NCBI GenBank assembly: GCA_017432305.1
Contig: JAFRJK010000008.1
Location: 78,866 to 142,865 of the forward strand
Length of the DNA: 64,000 bases
Direction: 5' to 3'
DNA from: Candidatus Saccharimonadota bacterium
GTDB lineage: Bacteria > Patescibacteriota > Saccharimonadia > Saccharimonadales > Saccharimonadaceae
Below the pieces are notes generated by a model. It was not told the DNA's origin. It ran no database searches and was given only the letters and a program-made list of their open reading frames with translations. Position 1 is the first letter of the stretch. Each line of letters starts with the position of its first letter. The position numbers and the translations under genes are program-made. Positions 52,347 through 62,607 of the stretch are shown here, in pieces.

Positions 52347-55300
52347 ATGGGTCAACACAAAAAACTCCTAACTCCTCTTAAAGTTGCTTGTCTTGTTTTT
52401 TCATTTTTCGCCCTCACTTTTATCATTAACACAATCTCGACCAATTCTGTTCACGCGGCGGAAACTAAATGTCTCCAATTCAGCTATAAATTCAATGGAA
52501 AAAGCGGCTATAAATCCGCTCCGGTTTGTTTCCCAGTCGAAAATGGGAAGATAACTAAAGCTTCTGAATTTACCGTGAACGGGGGGAATCATTACGGCGA
52601 TACTGCCGCTTGGGATGTCTGCGATAGTGCAACTGGTCTTTGTACGATTGCTAACAATAATAATGGGGTCTACATCGGTTTTGGTCTTAAAAACGGCGCG
52701 AATGATACTGGTTATGGCGACCCTACAGCAGTTTGTAGCTCATCAGGCTTTAAAGTGTATGGCTGTTCGAGTAATGGCGGTTATAAACCAGTAAAAGATG
52801 GAGACGATTGGGAAGCGACTGTAACGGCGTTTAATAATTTCTATAAAGATTACCTCGCTAAGGGCCAGCTCAGTTACATCGATCCAGTAACCGGTGAATC
52901 AGTTGATATTAATGTCGAGTACGAAGGCAATGCATCTAGTAAAGCTAGTAAAGAAAATGAAGTCGACCCAGGCACCGGTGATGTAATAATTAACCCAGGC
53001 ACCGGCGACATTATTACGGAGGAACCGACCGAGGACGATGATGGCGAAATCGATAGCCGTGAAGCAGGTTGTTATCAGGAATCAGGCTCGATGGGCTGGA
53101 TTATTTGTCCAATGATTTTTGGTATGAGAGACGTTGCGACCGGTATTTATGATGGAATTGAAGGTTTTCTCCAAATTAGCGACAGTATCGTCGGAAGCAT
53201 TACTGAAGGCACATCGGGTAGCGGCTCAATCTTTAATGCTTGGACACTATTTAGGAATATCGCAAACATTCTCTTCGTAATCTTCTTCCTCTTTGTTATT
53301 TTCTCTCAACTCACTGGTTACGGAATTGATAACTACGGGATTAAGAAAATGCTCCCGAAACTCATTATTACTGCGATTCTTGTTAACCTTAGCTTTATTA
53401 TTTGTGCTATCGCAGTTGATATTTCGAATATCCTAGGACACACATTAAATAACTTCTTCTCCACTCTTTCAGTAAACGCTTCAATAAACGGTGCCGCTAT
53501 CGATGCTGCAAACCCTGCCGCAACAATTAGACAAATCATTGCTTATGTAGTCGATACTGCATTAGTGGTTGGCGCTACTGGCGGTATTTTAGCAGCCAGT
53601 ATCGCGCTCGGTGGTTGGTCGCTCGTGCTTCCAATCCTTCTCTTCCTCCTCACTTTTGTTATCTCGGTTGTCTTCGCCTTTGTTGCACTTGGTCTTCGTC
53701 AGGCTGCTGTCGTTGTCTTAATTGCAATCGCTCCAGTCGCATTCGCTCTTAATATCCTGCCGAATACGGAGAAATACTTTAAGAAGTGGATCGATGCGTT
53801 TAAGGGCGTTCTTGTAGTTTATCCAATTATCGGCGCTCTTGTCGGTGGTGGCAACTTTGCTGGCCGCGTCTTAATTGGAACTGGCGGCGATTTCTTAATG
53901 GTTCTTGTGGCGGGGCTTCTCTTCGTTGTTCCATTCTTCCTAATTCCATCCTTAACTCGTAAATCACTTGACGGTATCGGGAATCTCGGTAGTCGTCTCC
54001 AAGGCCTCCGCCGTGGTGCAACTGGCAGTGCTCGAAACGCTATAAATGGCACTCAAGCTGCAAAGAACTTCCGTTCTGACATGAACGAACGTCAGGCTCA
54101 AGCTCGTGCTCAAAGATACTTAAACTCTCGTCGCGGCCGAAGAACTAGAGAAGCTCTTGAACGTGGAGACAATGTCAGTATAAGACAAGCACGTAGATTC
54201 TCTCGTGCTCAAGAATTGGCACAAACTGGAACCAAAGCCAATCTTGCTGCTTATGACACTACACTTAGTGCAACCGAAACAGGAAATAAACTCACTCGTA
54301 TGCAAAATGAAGGTTTTGCTGCACGTGAGGCTGGTATTAGAAACAAAGCTCTCGAAGATGCGATTACTGACCAAATGGCACTTTATGAAGATGACGGCAC
54401 ATTTAGCAACCTCAGTAAATTCCAAACCGAGGTCGAAAATGCCGCCGCAAATAACGACAGTGCAAAACTCGAAGCTTTAATGCGTACTGCTGCAAAAGGT
54501 AATGACCATCAACGCGAGCATCTCATTCTCGGTATGAACAACGCATTCCGAAGTGGCAACGTCAGTGAAGAGATGGCCGCGAGATATGCTGGGCATATCC
54601 AAAGTAATGGTATCTATAAAACACAAGATCGCTCTGCAAACGACCAAGCTGACCATATCATGAGATTGATTAACGGTGAAATAAATGGGCAGACTTATGC
54701 TAGCGCTAATGGCGCAGATCTCATTTCGGATAACTTCGCTGGTAGAGGTATTATTAATGGTAAACAGACTGGCGCTATGGCCTTTAACTTTGATGACGGC
54801 GAATTTAATACGCTTGTTAGAGGCATGAACAATTTGTCTAGTGATGATAGAAAAAAGATTTCCGAAACGATGGGGAACGCGCTTTATCTAAAACAAAACG
54901 ATCCAACTGGGCAATATAATAATGTTAAGCCTGAAACTCTTGACCAAATCCGAAAAGTTATTGCTGCGGCAAACGGTATGGATGTTAATAATGCATCTCA
55001 GGAAGCAATAAACGCCTTTGTTAATAATGGCGACTATATCCACCAACCAGAAAGTGTCCTAAATGTCGACCATAGCAATAGTGGGAATCAAGGCCAACAA
55101 TACTTCGATAATGACGGGAACCCTACCTGGGATGCTGGTGGTAGTAATCCGGCTCCGACTCAACCTACTCCGCCGACACCTACGCAGCCCGCTCCAACTA
55201 CTCCACGTCCAACTTCACAAGCTCAAAGTTATTTCGACGATAATGGCAACGCTACCTGGGATGCTGGAACTCCAGCTCCGGTCCAACCGGTTTCGGCGCC

Positions 55301-55571
55301 TGTTACTCCAACCACTCAGCCAGCTTCAACTCCATCGCAATTAGTCCAACCAACACAAGCTCCAGCTTCACAATCAGCACCAACAATCGATACTAGCCTT
55401 ATGTCGAGCAATCCTGATGTTGCCGCTGCTGAACAAGCTGCGCTTGACGTCATGAATAGAGAACGGAACGAAGCAAATCTCCGAAATGCTGTTGATGCAA
55501 ATGGAAACCCGCTTTTTGGAAATAATAATAACAACAATAATAACGGTGACTCTGGCATAATCTTACCGTAA
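52347..55571 (+). CDS. Very large polytopic membrane protein (about 1075 aa), tentatively VirB6/TrbL-like
   Basis: Promoter TTGACC-18-TATAAT lies 9 nt before the ATG at 52347. The protein has a signal/TM segment, a Cys-containing ectodomain, at least 6 TM helices (residues about 300-560), a long charged tail, P/T/Q repeats and poly-Asn. The VirB6-like call rests on architecture only. Confidence 0.55.
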   Translation: MGQHKKLLTPLKVACLVFSFFALTFIINTISTNSVHAAETKCLQFSYKFNGKSGYKSAPVCFPVENGKITKASEFTVNGGNHYGDTAAWDVCDSATGLCTIANNNNGVYIGFGLKNGANDTGYGDPTAVCSSSGFKVYGCSSNGGYKPVKDGDDWEATVTAFNNFYKDYLAKGQLSYIDPVTGESVDINVEYEGNASSKASKENEVDPGTGDVIINPGTGDIITEEPTEDDDGEIDSREAGCYQESGSMGWIICPMIFGMRDVATGIYDGIEGFLQISDSIVGSITEGTSGSGSIFNAWTLFRNIANILFVIFFLFVIFSQLTGYGIDNYGIKKMLPKLIITAILVNLSFIICAIAVDISNILGHTLNNFFSTLSVNASINGAAIDAANPAATIRQIIAYVVDTALVVGATGGILAASIALGGWSLVLPILLFLLTFVISVVFAFVALGLRQAAVVVLIAIAPVAFALNILPNTEKYFKKWIDAFKGVLVVYPIIGALVGGGNFAGRVLIGTGGDFLMVLVAGLLFVVPFFLIPSLTRKSLDGIGNLGSRLQGLRRGATGSARNAINGTQAAKNFRSDMNERQAQARAQRYLNSRRGRRTREALERGDNVSIRQARRFSRAQELAQTGTKANLAAYDTTLSATETGNKLTRMQNEGFAAREAGIRNKALEDAITDQMALYEDDGTFSNLSKFQTEVENAAANNDSAKLEALMRTAAKGNDHQREHLILGMNNAFRSGNVSEEMAARYAGHIQSNGIYKTQDRSANDQADHIMRLINGEINGQTYASANGADLISDNFAGRGIINGKQTGAMAFNFDDGEFNTLVRGMNNLSSDDRKKISETMGNALYLKQNDPTGQYNNVKPETLDQIRKVIAAANGMDVNNASQEAINAFVNNGDYIHQPESVLNVDHSNSGNQGQQYFDNDGNPTWDAGGSNPAPTQPTPPTPTQPAPTTPRPTSQAQSYFDDNGNATWDAGTPAPVQPVSAPVTPTTQPASTPSQLVQPTQAPASQSAPTIDTSLMSSNPDVAAAEQAALDVMNRERNEANLRNAVDANGNPLFGNNNNNNNNGDSGIILP

Positions 55572-55583
55572 AAACCACTAAAG

Positions 55584-55608
55584 AACGCGCCTAAAAAGCG
55601 CGTTTTTT
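55584..55608. terminator. Bidirectional intrinsic terminator
   Basis: AACGCGC-ctaaaaa-GCGCGTT followed by TTTT, between convergent genes. Confidence 0.75.
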
Positions 55609-55619
55609 AATCTCAAATT

Positions 55620-56447
55620 TTAATTATTTTCGCAGGATTTTAAGACGTCTTCAAAAAGGACTGAAACTGTAAGCGGGCCGACTCCGCCAACTTTCGGCGT
55701 GATTGCAGAAAGATCGGTTCTTTCGCGAATCTCGTCCGAGATATCTCCAACGAGCATTCCGTCTTCGCTCGCCGTTCCGGCATCAACAACCACCGTTCCC
55801 GGTCTAACCATTTCGTTTAAAATCAAATGCGGATTTCCAGTTGCCGTGACAATTACGTCAAATTTTTTAAGCCCAGAAAAATCTGAACCACGATGAAAGA
55901 CTTCCACGCTGAATCCCGAATTCGTCCACATCCGAATTAATGGCGCTCCGACGAGTTTTCCTCGCCCAACAATCGCGATTTTTTTATCAAAAAGTTCAAT
56001 ATTATGTCCAGCCAGTAGCCAATTTATCGCCGTTGCTGTCGCCGAATCGAAAACTCGCTTTTCTTCGCGTCCATCGTAATTCGCGAGCCCATCAACATCT
56101 TTTTCTGGCACAATTTCATTAACAACTTCCTCGGTCCAATCGGGATTTGTAAGTGGAAGTTGGACGATAATCCCGGAAACTGATATATCATCGCTCGCTT
56201 CCTTAACTGCCGATTTTAATTTTTCTAAGCTCGGCTCTTTAACAAATAAATCAACAACCTCAACACCAATGTCCTCGCCATAATGTTTTTTTAGCTCGAC
56301 ATATTTCGTAATGACCGGGTTATCAGAGTCGCGGATAATGACAAGTTTCGGAAACTTTTTTAAAGAACGTAAAGCCTTAACCTGGTGTGCTTGACGTTCT
56401 TTAATAAACCCAGCGAGTTCTCGCCCGTCTAAAATCTTCGTTGCCAT
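55620..56447 (-). CDS. folD: Bifunctional methylenetetrahydrofolate dehydrogenase/cyclohydrolase
   Basis: ILDGRELA start, GIIVQLPL, and VVGRGKLVGAPL; GGVGPLT. Confidence 0.95.
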   Translation of the reverse strand: MATKILDGRELAGFIKERQAHQVKALRSLKKFPKLVIIRDSDNPVITKYVELKKHYGEDIGVEVVDLFVKEPSLEKLKSAVKEASDDISVSGIIVQLPLTNPDWTEEVVNEIVPEKDVDGLANYDGREEKRVFDSATATAINWLLAGHNIELFDKKIAIVGRGKLVGAPLIRMWTNSGFSVEVFHRGSDFSGLKKFDVIVTATGNPHLILNEMVRPGTVVVDAGTASEDGMLVGDISDEIRERTDLSAITPKVGGVGPLTVSVLFEDVLKSCENN

Positions 56448-57448
56448 TATTTTTGCTCCAACCCGATTACATTTGGTTCTTGCTCGAGAGAAAAACCGAA
56501 TTTTTCTTCGACAGCCTTTGAAATTTCTTCGACTGCTTTTTCTAAATCGCTATAACTCGTCGCCGATTCGTTAATAAGAACTAGCGCCGCCTTGTCGGAA
56601 ACTTTAAATCCATAAAAATCTTTACCTTTTAACCCCGCATTCTCAATTAGCCATCCCGTATTAACCTTTGTGCCATGGTGTGGGATCCCACGCTCGTCGA
56701 GTTCTGCGACCTTATCTTCCGAAACATAAACATTCTTAAAGAAACTGCCCGAACTTGCCTCTTCTTCCGGTTTTGGAAGTTTGCTGTCGCGAATTTTTCG
56801 GACTGCCTCGGCGATAATTTTTGGATCTCGCGAGGAAATTCCATTTTCGTCTAAATATCTTTGGAGCGAATTATAAAGTTCGCCTTCAACCTCACCTTTT
56901 TTAAGCTTGAAGTTAACACTTAAAATAAAATATCGTCCACGCTCATTAGAATTAAAAATTGAATGTCGGTATGAAAAGTCACATTCTGCTTTTTCTAAAG
57001 TCTTAAACTTGCCCGTCTTAAAATCAAACACCTCGACACTTAAAATCGTGTCTTTCACTTCCTGCCCGTAGGCTCCGATATTTTGGACTGGTGCCGCTCC
57101 GACTGTTCCCGGAATTCCCGCGAGACATTCGACTCCCGAATACCCACGCTCGACTATAAATGAAACGAAATCATCCCATTTTTCTCCGCCAGAAACATTA
57201 AACTCTCCGTCTGGAATTTCCGTAATTCCTAAAATCTTATTTAAGATAATTGCGCCACTAAATCCTTCATCTGTCCCGAAAGTATTCGCACCTGCGCCTA
57301 GAAAATAAAAGGGAAGATTTTTCTCTCGAACAAAATTAAACGCCTTAACAATATCGTCTTTTGTATGAATCTCAATTACATATTTCGAAATCCCGCCAAT
57401 TTGCATTGTTGAAAGGCTCGAAATTGGGATATTTTCTTCTATTTTCAC
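56447..57448 (-). CDS. murB: UDP-N-acetylenolpyruvoylglucosamine reductase
   Basis: FAD-binding PCMH region (LGAGANTF..., GIPGTVGAAPVQNIGAYG) and a C-terminal MurB domain. Confidence 0.9.
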   Translation of the reverse strand: MKIEENIPISSLSTMQIGGISKYVIEIHTKDDIVKAFNFVREKNLPFYFLGAGANTFGTDEGFSGAIILNKILGITEIPDGEFNVSGGEKWDDFVSFIVERGYSGVECLAGIPGTVGAAPVQNIGAYGQEVKDTILSVEVFDFKTGKFKTLEKAECDFSYRHSIFNSNERGRYFILSVNFKLKKGEVEGELYNSLQRYLDENGISSRDPKIIAEAVRKIRDSKLPKPEEEASSGSFFKNVYVSEDKVAELDERGIPHHGTKVNTGWLIENAGLKGKDFYGFKVSDKAALVLINESATSYSDLEKAVEEISKAVEEKFGFSLEQEPNVIGLEQK

Positions 57449-57507
57449 CCTTTAATTTTATCATAATCCACTCGACTTTTCCATGCTCTTAAGATATAAT
57501 CATAAGT

Positions 57508-57882
57508 ATGATGACAAAAGGTCTGATTTTCTGGTGGTATGGTGACGGCTATAGACTTTTTGCTAAAAAAATTCTTACAAAGCTTGGCGATACGGTCGAT
57601 TTTTTCTCGATTGGATCGCTCTTAAAAACGCTTTTTGCGCCTTATCGCCAAATTTCCGCAAATGCATCCGGCGTTTCCGTCGACGGGAAAATTTTAGCGT
57701 TTATTGATCGCCTCGTTTCGCGTCTTGTCGGTGGTGTCGCGAGAATCGGTATTGTTCTCGCTGGAATAGTCGTAATTGCTCTCCAGCTTATATTCTCGAT
57801 TATCTCCTTTATTTTCTGGCCACTTCTTCCGCTCATGCCAATAATTTCTATTGTTTTATGGGTTATGGGAGTTGCACTATGA
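57508..57882 (+). CDS. Small membrane protein (124 aa)
   Basis: Two C-terminal TM segments. TATAAT lies 7 nt upstream of the ATG. The stop overlaps the next start (ATGA). Confidence 0.45.
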   Translation: MMTKGLIFWWYGDGYRLFAKKILTKLGDTVDFFSIGSLLKTLFAPYRQISANASGVSVDGKILAFIDRLVSRLVGGVARIGIVLAGIVVIALQLIFSIISFIFWPLLPLMPIISIVLWVMGVAL

Positions 57883-60281
57883 ACGATTTAAATAAATTTA
57901 ACTATAACTCGACTCGTGCAAAATATGCTCGCCTCGGCCATAAATTAAATTCCGTTATTATTAATATAATTCTAAACATTTTTGCCTTTTCAATGTTAAT
58001 TTTTGGCATTATTCTTATTGTAACTGGTAATTCGATTGGCTGGCTTCTCATTGGTATTTCTAGTATTTTTTTCATTTTTATCATCGTGACGGAAATGCTC
58101 CTCGTAAAAGTTCCGCTTGGTAAAACCGAAGACATTAACGACCTTTTGTCTAGTAACTCACTGGCTCTAATGGATAAAAATCCAACTCCGAAAAAAATAG
58201 CTGATAAACTCATAAGAACTCGTTCTGGACGTTTTCTTGCGCTTCGTTTTGGGATTATTCCAAGACTCCTCGAGGGGATTGCGAACGACCTTCCGGACGA
58301 TATAACTCCAATTTTTGAAATCTCTAGGAAGATTATGAAAAAAATCGGTGCAACTCAAATTTCTGGTGGAATTCTCGCAGTTGCAATTATTGAGTCTCAC
58401 GAAAATCACGAAGAAATTCTTGCTCGAATGCGTTTAAGTCTCGATGATCTTTATGAGGGGGTTACGTGGTATAACTACCTCCATGGTCTCGTTAAAGATT
58501 CGAAGAAAAAACGCCGTGATGGTGGGATTGCGCGCGACTTTACTTTTGGCTTTACTCCAATGCTTTCTCGTTTTGGTCAAAATATCTCCGCGATTCGAAA
58601 CGCTAATATGAAAACCCAAATCTTCCGCACGACAAACAAAGAAGCAATCGCCCAAATGATTGAAATCTTTAGTGGTGGTGGTCGTCAAAATGTTGCTTTA
58701 ATTGGCCCAGAAGGTTGTGGTCGCTCGACGATTGTTAACGCTTTCTCGGAAGAATTGCTTGACGCAAATTCAAAGATTAAAAATAATCTAAAATTCCGCC
58801 AAATCTTTAAACTTGATGCTTCCGCTTTGATGAGTGGTACTGATGGCCAGGGCGATATTGAACGTCTCGTTACGATGTTATTAAACGAGGCCTATTCCGC
58901 GAAAAATATTATTATTTATCTTGATAACGCTCATCTTTTCTTCGAGGCTGGTGTTGGCTCGGTTGATATTTCGAACCTTCTCCTCCCGATTCTCGAAGCT
59001 GGAAAACTCCGAACAATTCTTTCGTTTGATGAACAAAGATTCCTTGAAATCTCCGCAAAAAATCCGGCCCTAACTAATGCCCTAAATAAAATCATTGTCA
59101 CTCCAGCGGATGAAAATGAAACGATGAAAATTATGGAAAACCAAGTCCCATACCTTGAATATCGCCATAAAGTCACTTATACTTATTGGGCTTTAAAGGA
59201 GGCTTATCGACTTGGCGAAAGATATGTTAAAGACCTCGCGATGCCAGGGCGAGCAATTCGTGTTCTTGAAGATTCCGCACGCTATTCTAAAGACGGTTTA
59301 GTTTTTGGCGAATCCGTTTCTGAAGCAATTGAAAAATCCGAGGGCGTAAAACTCCAAACCTCAACCGACACTGTCGAGAAAAAAGATAGACTCTTAAATC
59401 TTGAATCTCTAATTCACGAACGAATGATTGATCAAGAGCAAGCAGTTCACGCCGTTTCCGACGCGCTTCGCCGCGCCGCTGCTGGAGTCCGAAACGAAAA
59501 TAAACCAATCGGGACTTATCTCTTCCTCGGTCCGACTGGTGTCGGTAAAACTGAACTTGCAAAAGCATTATCGGAAGTTTACTTTAATGGTGAATCCGAG
59601 ATTATCCGTATTGATATGAACGAATATGTCGAAAGCTCCGATGTAAATCGTCTTATCGCCGAGGGAGCAACCGATGCAATGTCTCTTACCGCGCAAGTCC
59701 AAAAACATCCATTTTCCGTTGTTCTTCTTGATGAAATCGAAAAGGCTGCTCCAGAAGTTTTGACAACGCTTCTCCAAATGCTTGATGAAGGTATTCTTCG
59801 TGACACGAAAAACCGCGAAATTTCGTTTAGGGATGCAATTGTAATTTGTACTTCGAATGCTGGCGCTGATTTAATTCGTGAGAAAATAAAAAACGGTGAA
59901 GGATATGACAGCTTAAAAGATGAATTAGTAAATCATCTAATTGAGTCGCGTGAATTTAAGCCAGAATTCTTGAACCGTTTTGATGAAATTTGTATCTTTA
60001 AACCACTCGAAAAAGACGATTTAATGAAGATTTGTGACATTTTAATTAAGAACGTGAATAAAACTCTTGCTCCGCAAAAAATTTCCGTTTCTCTCGACGA
60101 TGACGCAAAAGCGCTATTGATCGAAAAAGGCTATGATCCAATGCTTGGTGCTCGTCCAATGAGGAGAATTGTTAGCAAAACCGTCGAAAATATCGTCGCG
60201 AAAAAGAGTCTTGGCGGCGAAATTGGAAGTGGCTCGAACGTGATAATAACTAAAGCTGAAATAGAAAGGGAACTAGAATGA
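57879..60281 (+). CDS. Membrane-anchored two-domain AAA+ ATPase of the Clp/Hsp100 family
   Basis: N-terminal TM helices replace the Clp N-domain. NBD1 is GPEGCGRST and NBD2 is LFLGPTGVGKTELAKAL. The sensor/arginine region GARPMRR is present. Confidence 0.8.
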   Translation: MNDLNKFNYNSTRAKYARLGHKLNSVIINIILNIFAFSMLIFGIILIVTGNSIGWLLIGISSIFFIFIIVTEMLLVKVPLGKTEDINDLLSSNSLALMDKNPTPKKIADKLIRTRSGRFLALRFGIIPRLLEGIANDLPDDITPIFEISRKIMKKIGATQISGGILAVAIIESHENHEEILARMRLSLDDLYEGVTWYNYLHGLVKDSKKKRRDGGIARDFTFGFTPMLSRFGQNISAIRNANMKTQIFRTTNKEAIAQMIEIFSGGGRQNVALIGPEGCGRSTIVNAFSEELLDANSKIKNNLKFRQIFKLDASALMSGTDGQGDIERLVTMLLNEAYSAKNIIIYLDNAHLFFEAGVGSVDISNLLLPILEAGKLRTILSFDEQRFLEISAKNPALTNALNKIIVTPADENETMKIMENQVPYLEYRHKVTYTYWALKEAYRLGERYVKDLAMPGRAIRVLEDSARYSKDGLVFGESVSEAIEKSEGVKLQTSTDTVEKKDRLLNLESLIHERMIDQEQAVHAVSDALRRAAAGVRNENKPIGTYLFLGPTGVGKTELAKALSEVYFNGESEIIRIDMNEYVESSDVNRLIAEGATDAMSLTAQVQKHPFSVVLLDEIEKAAPEVLTTLLQMLDEGILRDTKNREISFRDAIVICTSNAGADLIREKIKNGEGYDSLKDELVNHLIESREFKPEFLNRFDEICIFKPLEKDDLMKICDILIKNVNKTLAPQKISVSLDDDAKALLIEKGYDPMLGARPMRRIVSKTVENIVAKKSLGGEIGSGSNVIITKAEIERELE

Positions 60282-60886
60282 GTCTCAGCCTCGAAAAACT
60301 AAAAAATAAAAAACGCATAATTATTTCGATGTTTGTTTTTTGGCTAGTTTTTCTCGCGATTTTATTTGTTCATGTCGCAACTGGTACTGCACGCCTTCGC
60401 ACCGACTTTTCGATTTCGAAATATGTCGGACTTAGCTTCCCATCTGCAATCGCTTTTCTTATTACTAATATTTTCGTTTCTGTCGCAATTTGGTGTCATG
60501 TTCGCGGGACTGTGAAGAATAATACCGTCCGGATGCTTCTGAAAATTATTATTGTAATGTTGATCGGATTATCACTTTTCCCAATCGGGCTCTTTGATAA
60601 TATTATCCCAGAGCCAGTCCTTTTTGGCCGCACTCCAATTTCGCTTCTCCACGTTTTAACCTCGCGCACTATGTTTATCGTTATGGCAGCGCTTGCAGTT
60701 TATATTTTCTTTGTCGAACGAAAAACTGAATTTACAATGCGTTCGAAAGTCGCGATTATTTTTGCGATTTACGCCATGATTTGTTTAGCACTCTTCATCT
60801 TCTTCCCGCAAGTTTTTTGGGGATTAAACATCTTAATCGAATCACTCTACATTGCGATTTTCTTCGCTTTTGTCTATGTTTTATAG
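60278..60886 (+). CDS. Polytopic membrane protein (202 aa)
   Basis: Six hydrophobic segments. Translationally coupled (ATGA) to the AAA+ gene. Confidence 0.45.
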   Translation: MSLSLEKLKNKKRIIISMFVFWLVFLAILFVHVATGTARLRTDFSISKYVGLSFPSAIAFLITNIFVSVAIWCHVRGTVKNNTVRMLLKIIIVMLIGLSLFPIGLFDNIIPEPVLFGRTPISLLHVLTSRTMFIVMAALAVYIFFVERKTEFTMRSKVAIIFAIYAMICLALFIFFPQVFWGLNILIESLYIAIFFAFVYVL

Positions 60887-60949
60887 ATAGTTTTTCAGTT
60901 TCATTTCAGCTTTGGCTCCGATAATGTATAATATAAAAAGGAGCATTCT

Positions 60950-61609
60950 ATGAGAGTATTATACGTTGAAGATGAACAATTTCTTGCCGAAGCCGTAAAA
61001 CACAACCTTGAAAAAGACGGTATTTCAGTTGACCTTGCAAATGATGGAAAAGAAGGTCTTGAAAAGGCTTTGCAATCGATTTATGATTGTGTGATTTTAG
61101 ACATCATGCTTCCGAAGCTTTCTGGAACCGACATTTTAAAACGCATGCGCGAGAAAAAAGTTGGAACTCCGGTGATTATGCTCTCCGCTCTTTCTGAAGT
61201 CGAATCGAAAATCAGTCACTTAAACCATGGTGCAGACGATTACCTTTCAAAACCGTTTAAAACTGCAGAGCTCGTCGCGCGGATAAAAGCACTTCTCCGT
61301 CGTCCAAATATTATAAACATCACGAAATTAAAATACAGTAATCTCGTTCTTGATAAATCGACAATGAGTCTAAATGGCGAGCAACTTACTGCAAAAGAAA
61401 GCGAAATCATTGCCGAATTCATTCAATCCCCAGAAAAATTAATCAATAAAGAATATCTTCTTGCGAAAGTTTGGGGCGAGGAAGGCGTTGGCGAAGATAA
61501 TTATATTGAATCCTACATTTCTCGAATCCGAAAACTTTTAAAGAAAGTTAAAAGTAAAGCGAAAATTATAACAATTCGAAATCTCGGATATAAATTAACG
61601 GATAAATAA
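60950..61609 (+). CDS. OmpR-family response regulator
   Basis: Receiver domain (DLANDG...ILDIMLPKLSG...KPF) plus a winged-helix C-terminus (IRNLGYKL). Confidence 0.9.
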   Translation: MRVLYVEDEQFLAEAVKHNLEKDGISVDLANDGKEGLEKALQSIYDCVILDIMLPKLSGTDILKRMREKKVGTPVIMLSALSEVESKISHLNHGADDYLSKPFKTAELVARIKALLRRPNIINITKLKYSNLVLDKSTMSLNGEQLTAKESEIIAEFIQSPEKLINKEYLLAKVWGEEGVGEDNYIESYISRIRKLLKKVKSKAKIITIRNLGYKLTDK

Positions 61610-61610
61610 A

Positions 61611-62549
61611 ATGTTTAAGAAACTTCGAAATAAAATTATTATCATCACAATGACGATTACGACCGCCGTCTTACTTTTAGCCGGTGGCAGTATCATGTTC
61701 TTCACTTCGACTATTCGCCCAGAGCCAAAACCTTTTATGAATCCAATTAATTTTGACTCTCCTTTCACTCCACAAGAAGTTAAAGAATATATTAAAAACG
61801 ACCGAAAAGAAGGTGATACTCAGCTTCTCGGGACCCTTCTTACTGTCGGCATTTCGATTGAGCTAATCGTTTTCCTAATATCGTATTATCTTTCGAAAAA
61901 AATTGTTGAGCCAGTAAAAGATTCTTACGAGAAACAAAAGTTATTTATCGCGAACGCTTCACATGAGCTTAAAACCCCACTTGCCGTAATCGAAGCGAAT
62001 ATTGAAGCACTCGATGTCAAAAAAGAAAATAAAAAGTGGAAAGATAATATTGAAAATGAAATTAATCATGCAAATAAACTTGTTCTTGATCTTTTAAAGC
62101 TCGCAAAAATGGACGCTGGAAATATTGAAAAATCTCCAATTTCTAAAGTTGATTTGGAGAAAGAATTAAAAAATCGCATTGAAATTTTCAAACCAAAGTT
62201 TTCCGGAAAAATTAACTTTAAATCGGGCGAGAAAATGACTAGCTATTCTCTCCCGAAACAGGATTTTCTCGAAGCTCTAGATATTCTGCTTGATAACGCG
62301 ACAAAATATGGAGAAAAGAAAATTACTGTTTCGCTCGATAAAAATAATATTTCCGTTGAAAATGATGGCGCAACAATTAAGAAAAATGATCTCGAAAAAG
62401 TTTTTGATCGTTTTTATCAAACTGATAAAACAAAGGAGGGTTCCGGTCTTGGGCTCGCAATTCTAAAAGCAATTTGCGAAATAAACGGTTGGAATGTTTC
62501 CTGCGAAAGTAAAAATAAAAAGACAAAATTTATAATTTCTCTACACTAA
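61611..62549 (+). CDS. Sensor histidine kinase
   Basis: Two TM segments, H-box ANASHELKTPL, N-box LLDNATKY and G-box GSGLGLAI. Confidence 0.85.
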   Translation: MFKKLRNKIIIITMTITTAVLLLAGGSIMFFTSTIRPEPKPFMNPINFDSPFTPQEVKEYIKNDRKEGDTQLLGTLLTVGISIELIVFLISYYLSKKIVEPVKDSYEKQKLFIANASHELKTPLAVIEANIEALDVKKENKKWKDNIENEINHANKLVLDLLKLAKMDAGNIEKSPISKVDLEKELKNRIEIFKPKFSGKINFKSGEKMTSYSLPKQDFLEALDILLDNATKYGEKKITVSLDKNNISVENDGATIKKNDLEKVFDRFYQTDKTKEGSGLGLAILKAICEINGWNVSCESKNKKTKFIISLH

Positions 62550-62607
62550 TTTTCAGTTTCGTTTAAGAAACGACATTTATACTAGCCTTAATAACGAAAG
62601 GAAAACT

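Noticed and set aside
55525-55548. A run of AAT/AAC codons (poly-Asn) at the end of the 1075-aa protein could be a simple-sequence repeat element.
   Set aside because: It is in frame within a low-complexity C-terminal tail. It may be slippage-prone, but it is not a separate feature.
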